Origin: Albidovulum sp.
Lineage (GTDB): Bacteria; Pseudomonadota; Alphaproteobacteria; Rhodobacterales; Rhodobacteraceae
Assembly: GCA_026989275.1 (NCBI GenBank)
Contig: JALSJQ010000019.1
Location: 9,194-73,193, forward strand
DNA: 64,000 nucleotides
Reading direction: 5' to 3'
The notes under the pieces are model-generated. The model was not told the DNA's origin, did no database searches, and saw only the letters and a program-made list of their open reading frames with translations. Numbering within the stretch: the stretch's first letter is position 1; the number at the start of each line of letters is the position of its first letter. Shown here piece after piece: positions 41,432 through 52,124 of this stretch. Made by a program: the position numbers and the translations under genes.

Positions 41432-44257
41432 CTATTTCCCGACGGCCGCGTGCGGCGCGTCATCGGCCGCCGTGTCGGCAGGATCGGGAGGGGAGGGCTC
41501 GTCCTCGCCTCTCGGGACCGGAGCCGACGAGGCGGATGCGGCCGTGCTCTCCTCCGCCCTCTCGGCAGGGGCGGGGGAAGGCTCCGTCCCGTCGGCCGTC
41601 GGCGGCTTTGCGCCGGTGCCGGAAGCGGGCGCGGCCGGTTCTTCCCGTGGCGCCGCGCCGCTCGACGCCTTGTCCGCCGAAGAGGCGCCCTTGCGCCGCC
41701 GCGGTGCCCGGCGCCGGCGGGGCCGCGGGGGGGAGGCGGCCTCGGCGGGCTCGGCCACGGAGCCTTCCGGGGAGGCGGTGTCGGCCGGTTCCTGGCGCAC
41801 GCCGTCCCCCTCCTCGTCCGCTTCCTTCGCCGCAGGGGAAGGGCTCCGCTCGTTCGGCAGAGGCGCTTCGCCACGGGAAAGCGGGTTGTCCGTCATGCCG
41901 TTCTCGGAGCCTGCCCCTTCGGTCTGCGCCGCGTCTTCGGTGGTGTTTCCGTCGGCGGGTGAGGGTTCCGTCGCGCCTTTGCTCTCCCCGCCGGCCGATG
42001 CCGCGGCCGGGCTCTCGGTGCCCCTGCTGCCGTTGCCGGCCGTGCCGGCGGTCTCGCCACCGTTCGCGGCGTTGCTCCGTCCGCCGCGGCGGCGCGAACG
42101 GCGGCGGCGCTTGCGCCTGCGGCCGTTGCCTTCCCCTTCGCCCTCGGCCGCCCCGTCGATGTCCGGGGCGCCGATCTCCTCCCGCACTTCCTCGACGACG
42201 CTGGTCGGCCCGGCAAGGGCGGTATCGACGGAGATCACCGGCTTGGCGGGCGCCGCCGCTTCCGTGCGCCCCCGGCTCCTGTCGAGGCGATAGTCGGGCG
42301 GCACGAGCGCCGGATCGGCATCGATCCGGACCGTGATGCCGTAACGTTCCTCGATGCCGAGAAGGTGGCTGCGCTTCTCGTTGATGAGGTAGTTGGCCAC
42401 CGAAACCGGCGCCGTCACCGTCAGCATGTCGTGCCTGCCCTTCACGGCCTCCTCCTCGATCTGCCGCAGGATGGCGAGGGAGAGGCTTTCGTCGGAGCGG
42501 ATGATGCCGGTGCCGTGGCAGTGCGGGCAGGGCTGGGAGACCATTTCCAGCATTCCCGGCCGCAGGCGCTGGCGGCTCATCTCGAGGAGGCCGAAGGAGG
42601 AGATCCGCCCGACCTGGATCCGGGCCCGGTCGCCCTTGAGGCGTTCCTTGAGCCGCTTTTCCACCGCGCTGCGGTTGCGCCGGTCGTCCATGTCGATGAA
42701 GTCGATGACGATCAGGCCGGCCAGGTCGCGCAGCTTGAGCTGGCGGGCGATCTCGTCGGCGGCCTCGAGATTGGTCTTGAGCGCGGTCTCCTCGACCGAG
42801 CCCTGGCGGGTGGACTTGCCGGAGTTCACGTCGATCGCCACCAGCGCCTCGGTGGTGTCGATGACGATATAGCCGCCCGAGGGTAGGCGCACCGTCGGGT
42901 TGAACATCGAGGCGAGATAGTTCTCGACCTGGTAGCGGGCGAAGAGCGGCACCGGGTCGGTGTAGTGCTTCACCTTCTTGGCGTGGGACGGGATCAGCAT
43001 CCGCATGAAGTCCTTGGCGGTGCGGTAGCCTTCATCCCCCTCGACCAGCACCTCCTCGATGTCGCGGGTGTAGAGGTCGCGGATGGCGCGCTTGATGAGG
43101 TTGCCTTCCTCGTAGATCGGTGCCGGCGCGATCGACTTCAGCGTCAGTTCGCGGATCTGGTCCCACTGGCGCAGCAGATATTCGTAGTCGCGCTTGATTT
43201 CCGACTTGGTGCGCTTGGCCCCGGCCGTGCGGATGATGAGGCCCGAGCCGTCGGGCAGCTTGATCTCGTCGGCGATCGCCTTGAGCTTCTTGCGGTCGGC
43301 GGCATTGGTGATCTTGCGCGAGATGCCGCCCCCGCGCGGGGTGTTCGGCATCAGCACGCAGTAGCGCCCGGCGAGCGAGAGGTAGGTGGTGAGGGCGGCG
43401 CCCTTGTTGCCCCGTTCCTCCTTGACGACCTGCACCAGCATGATCTGCCGGACCTTGATCACCTCCTGGATCTTGTAGCGCCGCCGCGAGCGCCGCGGGC
43501 GTGGCGCCTCGGCACCTTCGGAGGCTCCGGCCGCCGGCGTCCCCTCCTGCGGGGCACCCGCTTCGCGGGGAGCGGCCGTTCCCTCGGCAGGGCCGCTCCC
43601 TGCCGTGCCGAGTGGCTCGGCCAGCGGCGCTTCGGCGTCTTCGGCCAGATCGATCACGTCCATGCCGGGAACGGCGGCCTCTTGCCCCGCCCCGGCCGTC
43701 TCTTCCGGCCCCACCTCGCTCGCAGGCGCGGCGGCTTCTTCCTCCCCTGTCTCCCCCGTCGGGACGGGCGCGGAGCGGGAAACGGCCTCTCCGGCCATGC
43801 TCTCGGCCCGGACGGAGGGGCGGGCCGCTTCCTCCGCCGGTCCGTCGGCCGCCGCCTCTCCGGGCTCTTCGGAGGAGGGCGTCTGATCCTCCTCGCCGAC
43901 CTCCTCGAGCGCGGGGCCGGAGGCGGCTTCCTCGACCGCCTCGGCCCGGGCCTCGGAGCGGGCCTCGCGTTCCTCGGCCTCGGCCTCGATCACCGCTTCG
44001 CGGTCGGCCTTGGGGATCTGGTAGTAATCGGGATGAATCTCGGAAAAGGGCAGGAAACCGTGGCGGTTGCCGCCGTAATCGACGAAGGCCGCCTGCAGGG
44101 AAGGTTCGATCCGGGTGACCTTCGCGAGGTAGATGTTGCCGGCTATCTGCCGCTTGTTGACCGATTCGAAGTCGAATTCCTCGACCTTGTCTCCGTCCAG
44201 AACCACCACCCGGGTCTCCTCCGGGTGGGTGGCATCGATGAGCATGCGTTTGACCAT
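41432..44257 (-). CDS. rne: ribonuclease E
   Basis: MVKRMLIDATHPEETRVVVLDG..NIYLAKVTRIEPSLQAAFVDYGGNRHGFLPFSEI, KEERGNKGAALTTYLSLAGRY, zinc-link CPHCHGTG, and a long R/P/E-rich C-terminal tail. Confidence 0.95.
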   Translation of the reverse strand: MVKRMLIDATHPEETRVVVLDGDKVEEFDFESVNKRQIAGNIYLAKVTRIEPSLQAAFVDYGGNRHGFLPFSEIHPDYYQIPKADREAVIEAEAEEREARSEARAEAVEEAASGPALEEVGEEDQTPSSEEPGEAAADGPAEEAARPSVRAESMAGEAVSRSAPVPTGETGEEEAAAPASEVGPEETAGAGQEAAVPGMDVIDLAEDAEAPLAEPLGTAGSGPAEGTAAPREAGAPQEGTPAAGASEGAEAPRPRRSRRRYKIQEVIKVRQIMLVQVVKEERGNKGAALTTYLSLAGRYCVLMPNTPRGGGISRKITNAADRKKLKAIADEIKLPDGSGLIIRTAGAKRTKSEIKRDYEYLLRQWDQIRELTLKSIAPAPIYEEGNLIKRAIRDLYTRDIEEVLVEGDEGYRTAKDFMRMLIPSHAKKVKHYTDPVPLFARYQVENYLASMFNPTVRLPSGGYIVIDTTEALVAIDVNSGKSTRQGSVEETALKTNLEAADEIARQLKLRDLAGLIVIDFIDMDDRRNRSAVEKRLKERLKGDRARIQVGRISSFGLLEMSRQRLRPGMLEMVSQPCPHCHGTGIIRSDESLSLAILRQIEEEAVKGRHDMLTVTAPVSVANYLINEKRSHLLGIEERYGITVRIDADPALVPPDYRLDRSRGRTEAAAPAKPVISVDTALAGPTSVVEEVREEIGAPDIDGAAEGEGEGNGRRRKRRRRSRRRGGRSNAANGGETAGTAGNGSRGTESPAAASAGGESKGATEPSPADGNTTEDAAQTEGAGSENGMTDNPLSRGEAPLPNERSPSPAAKEADEEGDGVRQEPADTASPEGSVAEPAEAASPPRPRRRRAPRRRKGASSADKASSGAAPREEPAAPASGTGAKPPTADGTEPSPAPAERAEESTAASASSAPVPRGEDEPSPPDPADTAADDAPHAAVGK

Positions 44258-44800
44258 GGCGTGTCGTATCCTGTCGTCCCTCCGCGCCCGCGAGCCGCCA
44301 GGCGGCCCGGTTCCGGGGAGAGGGAACGCGCAGTCCTTCTTCGGGCGATGGGCGTGGCGCGGGAGGCCGGCGCCGCCGCGCAGGCAGCGGCCTTCGGCCT
44401 CTCGTCTCCGTGCAGGGATGTGGCAGCGTCAACGCCGATCATCGCGGTTTGTCTCCTGGTGCCGCAGGGCGGCAGGCGAATTCGATCCGGCTTGTCCCCC
44501 GGATGGGGTGGCCCGCGCGGGGCCCGGCTCGTTCTGTCGGGGACCGCGTCACAAGCATCGTCTGGCGAGGCTGTCGCGGGACAACGGTTGTGGCTGATAC
44601 CCGTTCAGACCCGAAATCTTGCGTGCATGCGGGATCTGCCTGCATGCCCGTCCACATTAATGGCATCTTGCCGGCAATGACAATGGGGGAAATCGCCCGC
44701 AGGACGGGGCCCACCCCGCCGGGAACGGCGGAAGGCTTGCGGCGGAGCGCGCAGCCGGGGCAAGATCGGCGCATGGCAAGGGGCTTTCGGGGCGAGGCGG
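44258..44800. promoter_or_regulatory. divergent rne / amidase control region including a long rne leader
   Basis: 543 bp without a credible ORF. It contains two GCATGC hexamers (44625-44630 and 44642-44647) within an imperfect inverted repeat. Long structured rne leaders are known in other bacteria. Confidence 0.35.
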
Positions 44801-46594
44801 ATGCGTGAGGCGGGCTGGGCGGGGCGATGCGCCCGGAGGACGGGAGGAGCGGCGGCTCTGGCGCTCGTCCTCCTTCTCGGCGCCGGGGATCGGGCGGCGG
44901 TGCTGGCGGCCCCCTGCGGCGACGGTGGCGGGCAGGCGGTGATGGTGCTGCGGAGCGAAGGCGTCCGGGCGTTGCAGGGGCTCCGGCCCTGTCCGCGCCC
45001 TTCCCGGCCCGGTTCGCGCACGACGAACCCGCGAAGGACGAAAGGTTCCGGCGAGACGGGAAAGGGGGTGGCGCTCCGTCCGAGGCCGCGCCCGCGCGGA
45101 TCGGCGGCGTCGCCCGTCCGGGGGGCGCAGGCGAATTCCGTCATGCGGGCCACCATGCGGACAGAAAGGGCGGTCGATGGTCGGGAAGGGGGGCCGGTGA
45201 AGGCGGCTCTCCCCGCCGCAGCCCTTGCCCGCGAAGAACCCCGTGCCCGCGAGAGGGAACCGAGCGCGCCGGAAAGCCCGGCGGGTGCCGGTTCCTCGCC
45301 GCCGGCCGAAGCGCCCGCCGCGGAGGGCGCCTCGCCGAAGCCGGCGGCCATGCTCCCTGCGAGCGCCCCTCCCGTCTCTCCCCCTGCGGCGCGCGTTCTC
45401 ACGGGCCCGCCCTCCCTCGCGGCCGAAGGGGGCGGCGCACGGTTGCTGCCCGAGGGGGAGGGGGGGCTGCAGGCCGCGCTCGGGCCCGACGGCACGTTTC
45501 GCCTCGCGCTCGGCCTCGAAAGCCCGGTGCCCTGGCGGGCCGACGCGCTGGTGGCGCCGCCGCGGCTCGTGATCGATCTGGCTCTCGGGGAGCCGGCCCT
45601 TTCCGAGACGCGGGCGCTCCGTCGCCGCTTCGCCGCCCGTCTGCCCTGGCGCCTGCGCTTCGGCCGGCTTGCCGGGCCCTGGTGGCGCCTTGTTCTCCTG
45701 CCGGGGCGCCCCTACCGTCTCGCGAGCGGCGAGATGCGGACCGAAGGAGGTGCGGCCCGGCTCCGGCTGGTCTTCCGCCCGGGGGTGCCGCCGGGCCGGC
45801 CGACGGCCCTGGCTCTGCCGGCGGGGGTGCCCTCCGCCGGAAAGTCCGCCGGAAAGGAGGCGCGGCCGCCGCGTCCGGGAGGGCGTCTCAAGGTCGCCGT
45901 CGACCCGGGTCATGGCGGGGTCGATCCCGGTGCCGAGCATGGCGGGCTGCGCGAGGCCGATGTCACCCTTGCCCTGGCCCGGTCCCTCGCCGAGGCGCTG
46001 CGACGGCGCGATGTCGATGTCGTCCTGACCCGCAACGACGACAGCTTCGTGCCGCTCGAGCGGCGGATGAGCATCGCCCGCGCCGCAGGTGCCGACGTGC
46101 TCGTTTCGCTTCATGCCGACGCGCTCGCCTCGGGGCAGGCGCGTGGCGTCAGCATCCACACCTTCTCGGCCGAGGCTTCCGACGAGGCGGCGAAGGCCCT
46201 CATCGCGCGTCATGCCCGCGACGACATTCTCTCCGGGCTCGATCTGCAGGGGGTGGACGATACGTTGACATCGGTGCTGGCGGATCTGGCCATGCGCGAG
46301 ACCCTGCCCCGCTCCGAGGCCCTGGCCGACCGGATGGTGGCCGAGCTGGCCCGCGACGGCATTCGCCTTCTCGGCCGCCCGCGGATCCGCGGGGCCTATG
46401 CGGTCCTGAAATCTCCCGACATTCCCTCGGTGCTCGTCGAGGCGGGCTTTCTCTCGAACGCGGCCGACCGGGCCGCTCTGGCCGATCCGGCGTGGCGGCG
46501 CAGATTGGCCGAGACCCTCGCGCGGGCCCTCGCACGCTGGGCGCTCGACGATGCCGGCCGCGCCGCCTTCGGGGGTGGCGTGCCCCGGCGCTGA
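44801..46594 (+). CDS. amiC: N-acetylmuramoyl-L-alanine amidase (AmiC-like, AMIN + Amidase_3)
   Basis: Amidase_3 motifs VAVDPGHGGVDPGA and VLVSLHADA, with an AMIN-like region upstream. The first ~200 codons are low complexity, so the true start is uncertain. Confidence 0.8.
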   Translation: MREAGWAGRCARRTGGAAALALVLLLGAGDRAAVLAAPCGDGGGQAVMVLRSEGVRALQGLRPCPRPSRPGSRTTNPRRTKGSGETGKGVALRPRPRPRGSAASPVRGAQANSVMRATMRTERAVDGREGGPVKAALPAAALAREEPRAREREPSAPESPAGAGSSPPAEAPAAEGASPKPAAMLPASAPPVSPPAARVLTGPPSLAAEGGGARLLPEGEGGLQAALGPDGTFRLALGLESPVPWRADALVAPPRLVIDLALGEPALSETRALRRRFAARLPWRLRFGRLAGPWWRLVLLPGRPYRLASGEMRTEGGAARLRLVFRPGVPPGRPTALALPAGVPSAGKSAGKEARPPRPGGRLKVAVDPGHGGVDPGAEHGGLREADVTLALARSLAEALRRRDVDVVLTRNDDSFVPLERRMSIARAAGADVLVSLHADALASGQARGVSIHTFSAEASDEAAKALIARHARDDILSGLDLQGVDDTLTSVLADLAMRETLPRSEALADRMVAELARDGIRLLGRPRIRGAYAVLKSPDIPSVLVEAGFLSNAADRAALADPAWRRRLAETLARALARWALDDAGRAAFGGGVPRR

Positions 46595-46695
46595 GCCGCT
46601 CCCGGGGGGCAGGGCGCGGTTGACCTCGCGGCATGCTTGCTTCGTGCGATGGCGTGCGTAAGCTGCCGGGAGGGAAGAACGACAGGGAGGACGGA

Positions 46696-47097
46696 ATGAA
46701 ACGGTGGATGATGGCGGCAAGCTTCGTTCTGGCAGGGGCGGGGAGCGCATTGGCCGGTGATCCCGTTGCCGGCGTCTGGCAGACCGCTCCCGGCGACAAT
46801 GGCGGCTGGCTGCATGTGCAGATCGCGCCCTGCGGGCGGAAGATCTGCGGCACCATCGTCAAGGCCTTCAAGAAGGGGGGCGTCCCCGATCCGCAATATG
46901 CCCATCTCGGCAAGCCGATCATCTGGGACATGAAGCCCGAGGGTGAGGGCTATTACGCCGACGGCAGGATCTGGGCACCGGACAGGGACAAGGTCTATCG
47001 CTCCAAGATGCAGCTCGACGGCAACCGGCTGACGGTGAAGGGTTGCGTGATGGGGGGGCTTCTCTGCCGCGGGCAGGAGTGGAAGCGGGTGCAATAG
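46696..47097 (+). CDS. DUF2147 domain-containing periplasmic protein
   Basis: Signal peptide MKRWMMAASFVLAGAGSALA, then GVWQT..CGRKICGTIV..GRIWAPDRDKVYRSKMQLDGNRLTVKGC. GGGAGG SD. Confidence 0.8.
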   Translation: MKRWMMAASFVLAGAGSALAGDPVAGVWQTAPGDNGGWLHVQIAPCGRKICGTIVKAFKKGGVPDPQYAHLGKPIIWDMKPEGEGYYADGRIWAPDRDKVYRSKMQLDGNRLTVKGCVMGGLLCRGQEWKRVQ

Positions 47098-47648
47098 CCC
47101 CTCCGCCGTGGGGGCGGAGACACCGCGGCTTGCCGGCGCTCCCGGCCGTGAGGAGGGCGGCCGGGCACCGCTTCGCCGTGCATGTCGGACGTGCCGGGCC
47201 GCGCGCCCGCCGGGGGCAGCCCCGGGAAGGGAAGTGCCGGCAATGGCACTGTCAATCGCTCCGGTCATGCGGAAGGGTGGTGGCGCGAAAGGTGGCAGGA
47301 GTGAAGGGGGCGCGGCATGCTCCCGCGCCGGCCGGATCGAGGATTCAAAGCCCTGTGCAAGGGGCGAAACCGTTGCCGCCCCTGCGTCCCCATCCGCCCC
47401 ACCCGGTCGAGGGCTCCTCCCGGGCGGCGAGGCGGATGCCCGGTCGCTGCGTGCGCCTGCCTCCATCCGGGCCGTCCGCCGAGGGCGCTCCGCCGGTCCC
47501 CGATGCGTCCGTGCCCGTCCGGGCCGCCTGCCGCGGGCGCCTTGCCCGGGTGCCCCCATGGCTCGTGCCTGCCCGGGATGCCGACCCCGGCCAGGGGCGA
47601 GGTGGCAGAGGCGGCGCCGGCTTTGCGGAAGATCGCGGGCGCCGGCTT

Positions 47649-48290
47649 TCAGGGGCGCCAGCGGAGGAAGTTGCCGATGATGGCAAGCCCGACCTTCTGG
47701 CTCTTCTCGGGGTGAAACTGAGTGCCGAAGATGTTGTCCTGTCCGACCGCGGCGGTGATCGGCCCGCCGTGATCGGTGGTGGCCAGAAGATGTGCCGCCC
47801 GTTCGGGAACGAGGTGGTAGGAGTGGACGAAATAGACGTGCCGGCCGGGCGCGATGCCGTTCAGAACCGGATGCGGCCGGGTGATCTCGAGCGTGTTCCA
47901 GCCCATGTGCGGGATCTTGAGCGCCGGGTCCGAGGGGGTGATCCCCACCACCTCGCCCGGAATCCAGCCGAAACCCTCGGCTGTCACGCCGTGCTCGGTG
48001 CCGCGGCTGGCCAGAAGCTGCATGCCGACGCAGATGCCGAAGAAGGGACGCCCCCTGACGCGCACCGCCTCCTCGATCGCCTCCCACAGCCCGTCCCGGC
48101 TTCTCAACCCCTCGCGGCAGTCGGCGAAGGCGCCGACGCCGGGCAGCACGATCCGGTCGGCCGATGCCACTTCCTCGGGCCGGTCGGAGACGCTGACCGT
48201 GCCGGCATCGAGCGCCTCGGCCATGCGGGCAAAGCTCTTTTCCGCCGAACGCAGATTGCCGGAGCCATAATCGACGATGACGGTCCGCAT
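47649..48290 (-). CDS. hisH: imidazole glycerol phosphate synthase, glutamine amidotransferase subunit
   Basis: MRTVIVDYGSGNLRSAEK, catalytic GICVGMQLL, FVHSY and FHPEKS. Confidence 0.94.
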   Translation of the reverse strand: MRTVIVDYGSGNLRSAEKSFARMAEALDAGTVSVSDRPEEVASADRIVLPGVGAFADCREGLRSRDGLWEAIEEAVRVRGRPFFGICVGMQLLASRGTEHGVTAEGFGWIPGEVVGITPSDPALKIPHMGWNTLEITRPHPVLNGIAPGRHVYFVHSYHLVPERAAHLLATTDHGGPITAAVGQDNIFGTQFHPEKSQKVGLAIIGNFLRWRP

Positions 48291-48389
48291 TTCACTCTTC
48301 CTTCAGATGACGCCCGATCGATCGCCCCGCCGATGATCGCGGGCCCGGCCCGTGAGCGGAGGGGGCACGGGATACCGCCCCGCCCCTCG

Positions 48390-48977
48390 TCAGAGAGAGC
48401 CCTTGGTCGAGGGGATCGCGCCGCCGGCCCGCGGGTCAGGCTCGACCGCCTCGCGCAGGGCGCGGGCCACGGCCTTGAAGGCGGCCTCGGCGATGTGGTG
48501 GCTGTTGAAACCGTGTAGCCGCTCGACATGCAGCGTGATGCCGCCGTTCACGGCAAGGGCCTGGAAGAATTCGCGCACGAGCTCGGTGTCGAACCGGCCG
48601 ATGCTGGCCGTCGGCATCTCGACATTCCACACGAGGAAGGGGCGGCCCGAAAGGTCGAGCGCGGCGCGCACCAGCGCGTCGTCCATCGGCAGCAGGCAGC
48701 TGCCATAGCGACGGATGCCGGCCTTGTCGCCCAGGGCCTCGGCCAGCGCCTTGCCGAGCGTGATGCCGACATCCTCCACCGAATGATGATCGTCGATGTG
48801 CCGGTCTCCCTCGCAGCGGATCTCCATGTCGATCAGCGAATGGCGGGCGAGCTGGTCGAGCATGTGATCGAAGAAGCCGATGCCGGTGGCGATGCGGCGC
48901 CGGCCGGTGCCGTCGAGATTGACGGTGACGGTGATGTCGGTCTCGGCGGTGCGACGGCTCAGGCTGGCGCTGCGCAT
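48390..48977 (-). CDS. hisB: imidazoleglycerol-phosphate dehydratase
   Basis: 195 aa from the ATG at 48977. [30 protein letters not shown] and [10 protein letters not shown]. Confidence 0.94.
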   Translation of the reverse strand: MRSASLSRRTAETDITVTVNLDGTGRRRIATGIGFFDHMLDQLARHSLIDMEIRCEGDRHIDDHHSVEDVGITLGKALAEALGDKAGIRRYGSCLLPMDDALVRAALDLSGRPFLVWNVEMPTASIGRFDTELVREFFQALAVNGGITLHVERLHGFNSHHIAEAAFKAVARALREAVEPDPRAGGAIPSTKGSL

Positions 48978-49131
48978 GTCTCTCTCCCGTTGGCAGGGGC
49001 CTTGCGCCGTCTCTAGCGCAGAGCGGCGCCATTTCCAAGAAGGGGTGCCTGAAGCGTCGGGAAGTGGCAGGAGTTTGACCCGCTCCCGGCCCCGTGGCAA
49101 GAGGCAGCAAGCGGCAGCAGCGGAGCAGGCC

Positions 49132-50364
49132 ATGACGGTTGAGGATGAGGGCGCGTCACCGGCGCGGGTGGCGGGAGACGAAGCGGCCGGCAAGGGCGGG
49201 GAAGGGGCGGCGGTTGCCGCTGGAGCGGCGCCGACGGCTCCCGGATCGCAGGCGGAGATGGCGCGCAGGCGCGGGCTGCCGGAGCTGACCGTCGTCGTGC
49301 CGACCTACAACGAGAAGGACAACATCCGCCCGCTCGTCGCCCTGCTCGACGAGGCGCTGGCAGGGATCGACTGGGAGGTGGTCTTCGTCGATGACGACAG
49401 CCCCGACGGCACAGCCCGCGAGGTGCGGGCGCTTGCCCGCGAGCGCGGCAATGTCCGGGTGCTGCACCGGATCGGCCGCCGCGGCCTCGCGGGCGCCTGC
49501 ATCGAGGGAATCCTGTCGTCCGTCTCGCCGGTGGTGGCGGTGATGGATGCCGACCTGCAGCATGACGAGCGCATCCTGCCCGAAATGTTCCGGCTGATGG
49601 CCGAAGACCCGGAACTCGATCTCGTGATCGGTTCGCGCCATGTGGCGGGTGGCACGGTCGGCACCGGGCTCTCGAAAGTGCGCAAATGGGGCTCCGACAT
49701 GGCCACCGCCCTGGCGCGCAGGCTGCTCAAGATCACCGCATCCGACCCGATGAGCGGCTTCTTCATGGTGCGGCGCGAGAGCTTCAACCAGGTGGTGACC
49801 GAGCTTCAGCCCCAGGGATTCAAGATCCTGGCCGACATGCTCTCGGCTTCGCGGGGGCGCTGGAAGACGAAGGAGGTGGGCTACACCTTCCGCGAGCGCC
49901 GTCACGGCGAAAGCAAGATGGACACGGCCGTCACCCTCGAATTTCTCGGTCTGCTGGTCTCGCGGCTGACGGGGGGGCTGGTGCCGATCCGTTTCGTGCT
50001 CTTCACCCTCGTCGGCATTTCCGGGGTGGCGGTGCAGCTCGGGATGGTCGGCCTCGTGATGGCGCTCTCGGGCGGCCCGTTCTGGGCGGCGCAGACCATC
50101 GGCGTCTTCACCGCCATGACGACGAACTTCCTGCTCAACAACATGCTGACCTACCGCGACCGGCAGCTCCGGGGGCGGGAATTCTGGCGCGGCCTCGCCT
50201 CCTTCTATGTCGTCTGTTCGATCGGGGCGCTGGCCAATGTCGGCGTGGCGGGGCTGCTCTTCAAGTGGTTCGGCACATGGCCGGTGGCGAGTTTCGCGGG
50301 CGCGGTGGTCGGGGCGCTGTGGAACTTCATGGCCTCGGCCCTCTTCACCTGGCGCACCCGCTAG
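49132..50364 (+). CDS. family 2 glycosyltransferase (polyprenol-phosphate sugar transferase-like) fused to a GtrA-like membrane domain
   Basis: [23 protein letters not shown] and MDADLQHD, followed by four C-terminal hydrophobic helices (GtrA-like). An ATG at 49258 is the alternative start. Confidence 0.82.
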   Translation: MTVEDEGASPARVAGDEAAGKGGEGAAVAAGAAPTAPGSQAEMARRRGLPELTVVVPTYNEKDNIRPLVALLDEALAGIDWEVVFVDDDSPDGTAREVRALARERGNVRVLHRIGRRGLAGACIEGILSSVSPVVAVMDADLQHDERILPEMFRLMAEDPELDLVIGSRHVAGGTVGTGLSKVRKWGSDMATALARRLLKITASDPMSGFFMVRRESFNQVVTELQPQGFKILADMLSASRGRWKTKEVGYTFRERRHGESKMDTAVTLEFLGLLVSRLTGGLVPIRFVLFTLVGISGVAVQLGMVGLVMALSGGPFWAAQTIGVFTAMTTNFLLNNMLTYRDRQLRGREFWRGLASFYVVCSIGALANVGVAGLLFKWFGTWPVASFAGAVVGALWNFMASALFTWRTR

Positions 50365-50440
50365 CGGACGCCCGGCGGGGCGGTGCTCGGGCGGGTGCGG
50401 GAGATGCCGGGCGAAGAGGTGGACAGGGAAGGAGGCGGCG

Positions 50441-52006
50441 ATGACCCTCCCGGCATCAGCGAAGGATGACGCCCCGGCTCCGGCCGAGGAGGCGGGGCTC
50501 CGGCACCTGGCCCTGGGCCTCGTCGCGTTTCATCTCGTGCTGCGTGGCCTTCTTGCCGCCCTTGCCCCTCTCGGGGTGGACGAGAATTACGCCATCGCCG
50601 CGGCGCGGGAATTCAGCTGGAGCTTCTTCGACCATCCTCCGCTCGGCTTCTGGCTGCCGGTGGCGATGGCGCGGATCACCGGCATCGAGCACCCTTTCCT
50701 CTTTCGCCTGCCCTTCCTCCTTCTCGGCACCGGCACGGCCTGGCTCCTGTGGCGCATCGGCACCCGTCTCGCCGGTGCGAGGGCGGGGCTGTGGGCCGTG
50801 CTGTTCCTGCTCCTCTCGCCGATCTTCTCGATCGTCGGCGGGCTGCTCGTCGTCCCCGACGGGCCGCTCGACTTCTTTCTCCTGCTCACGGTCTGGCTGC
50901 TTCTGAAGGTGCTCGCGGCCGAAGAGGCGGGGCGGCCGACGGGGCGGCTCTGGCTCGCCGCGGGGGTGGCGCTCGCCGGAGCGCTGATGTCGAAATACCA
51001 GGCGGGGCTCGTTCCGGTCAGCCTGTTTCTCTACATGATCGCGACCCGGCACGGCCGGACCTGGCTGCGCCAGCCCTGGCCCTGGCTCGGCGCGGCGGTG
51101 GCGGGCCTTGGCCTTCTGCCGGTGCTGATGTGGAATTTCCAGAACGACTGGGCCTCCTTCGCCTTCCAGGGCGGGCGTGCCGGCGGCGGGCTGTCGCCGG
51201 GGAACTTTCTCGCGATGCTGGTCGCCCAGGCGCTCTATCTGCTGCCGCCCGCGATGCTCGCCGCTCTTGCCGGCCTGGTGGCGGGGCTGCGCGGCCGGCT
51301 CGGGAAGGCGGGGCGGCTCGCCGCCTTTCTCGCCCTCGGGCCGATCGTGATGTTCAACCTCGTCTATCTCCTGACACCGGACGGCACGCTGCCGCACTGG
51401 GCGTTGCCGGGCTGGCTCGTCGCCCTGCCGCTCGGGGCGGCGGTCCGTCCCGGCCGCTGGCTTCGGCGCCTTGCCGTGTGGTTCGGCGGAGCGCTGTGGG
51501 TGGTCGTGCTCGTGCTCGTCCTCCATGTGCGCAGCGGGATCCTGACCTGGAAGACGGGAGAGAACCCGCCCGCCTGGGACGACACGATCCGCCTGTTCGA
51601 CTGGTCGGGCCTTCTGCCGGCGCTCGAGGCGCGGGGGCTTCTAGACGATGCCCGCGCTCTCGCGGTGCTCGACTATATCGACGGCGGTGCGATGGCGACG
51701 GCGCTGCACGACCGGTTGCCGGTCTATCCCCTGGGCGGGCCCGCCACCCATCATTTTCTCCTGCATCGGCGCAGCGCGGCGGGCGGGCCGGCGCTCCTCC
51801 TCGTGCCGGCGACGCGGCGCAACTACGACCGCAGGCTCGCCGCCGCCCTGGCCGCGGCCCGCCGGGTCGATCCGGCGGCCGAGGCGCTGGCGCCGGTCGT
51901 GCTCGAGCGGGGCCCTCTCCCCTATGCCGTGGTGGGGGTGATCCGTCTCGATCTGCCGCCGCGAACCCCCGGGCTGCCGCCTCCGTCTCCGCGGGGCAGG
52001 GAGTGA
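50441..52006 (+). CDS. family 39 glycosyltransferase (ArnT/PMT_2-like)
   Basis: Polytopic N-terminal domain (VDENYAIAAAREFSWSFFDHPPLGFWL...), about 10 or more TM helices, and a C-terminal soluble part. ATG at 50441 within track ORF 50207..52006. Confidence 0.78.
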   Translation: MTLPASAKDDAPAPAEEAGLRHLALGLVAFHLVLRGLLAALAPLGVDENYAIAAAREFSWSFFDHPPLGFWLPVAMARITGIEHPFLFRLPFLLLGTGTAWLLWRIGTRLAGARAGLWAVLFLLLSPIFSIVGGLLVVPDGPLDFFLLLTVWLLLKVLAAEEAGRPTGRLWLAAGVALAGALMSKYQAGLVPVSLFLYMIATRHGRTWLRQPWPWLGAAVAGLGLLPVLMWNFQNDWASFAFQGGRAGGGLSPGNFLAMLVAQALYLLPPAMLAALAGLVAGLRGRLGKAGRLAAFLALGPIVMFNLVYLLTPDGTLPHWALPGWLVALPLGAAVRPGRWLRRLAVWFGGALWVVVLVLVLHVRSGILTWKTGENPPAWDDTIRLFDWSGLLPALEARGLLDDARALAVLDYIDGGAMATALHDRLPVYPLGGPATHHFLLHRRSAAGGPALLLVPATRRNYDRRLAAALAAARRVDPAAEALAPVVLERGPLPYAVVGVIRLDLPPRTPGLPPPSPRGRE

Positions 52007-52124
52007 CCGCCGCGCCCGGCATCTCTCCCCGGAGCCCGGTTCGTCGGCTGCCGTCCCGCAAGGGCGGGTGACGGGGAGCGGAGAGCCCGGACGGCCCGGC
52101 CTTTCTGCCCCGCGGCCGCGGCGC

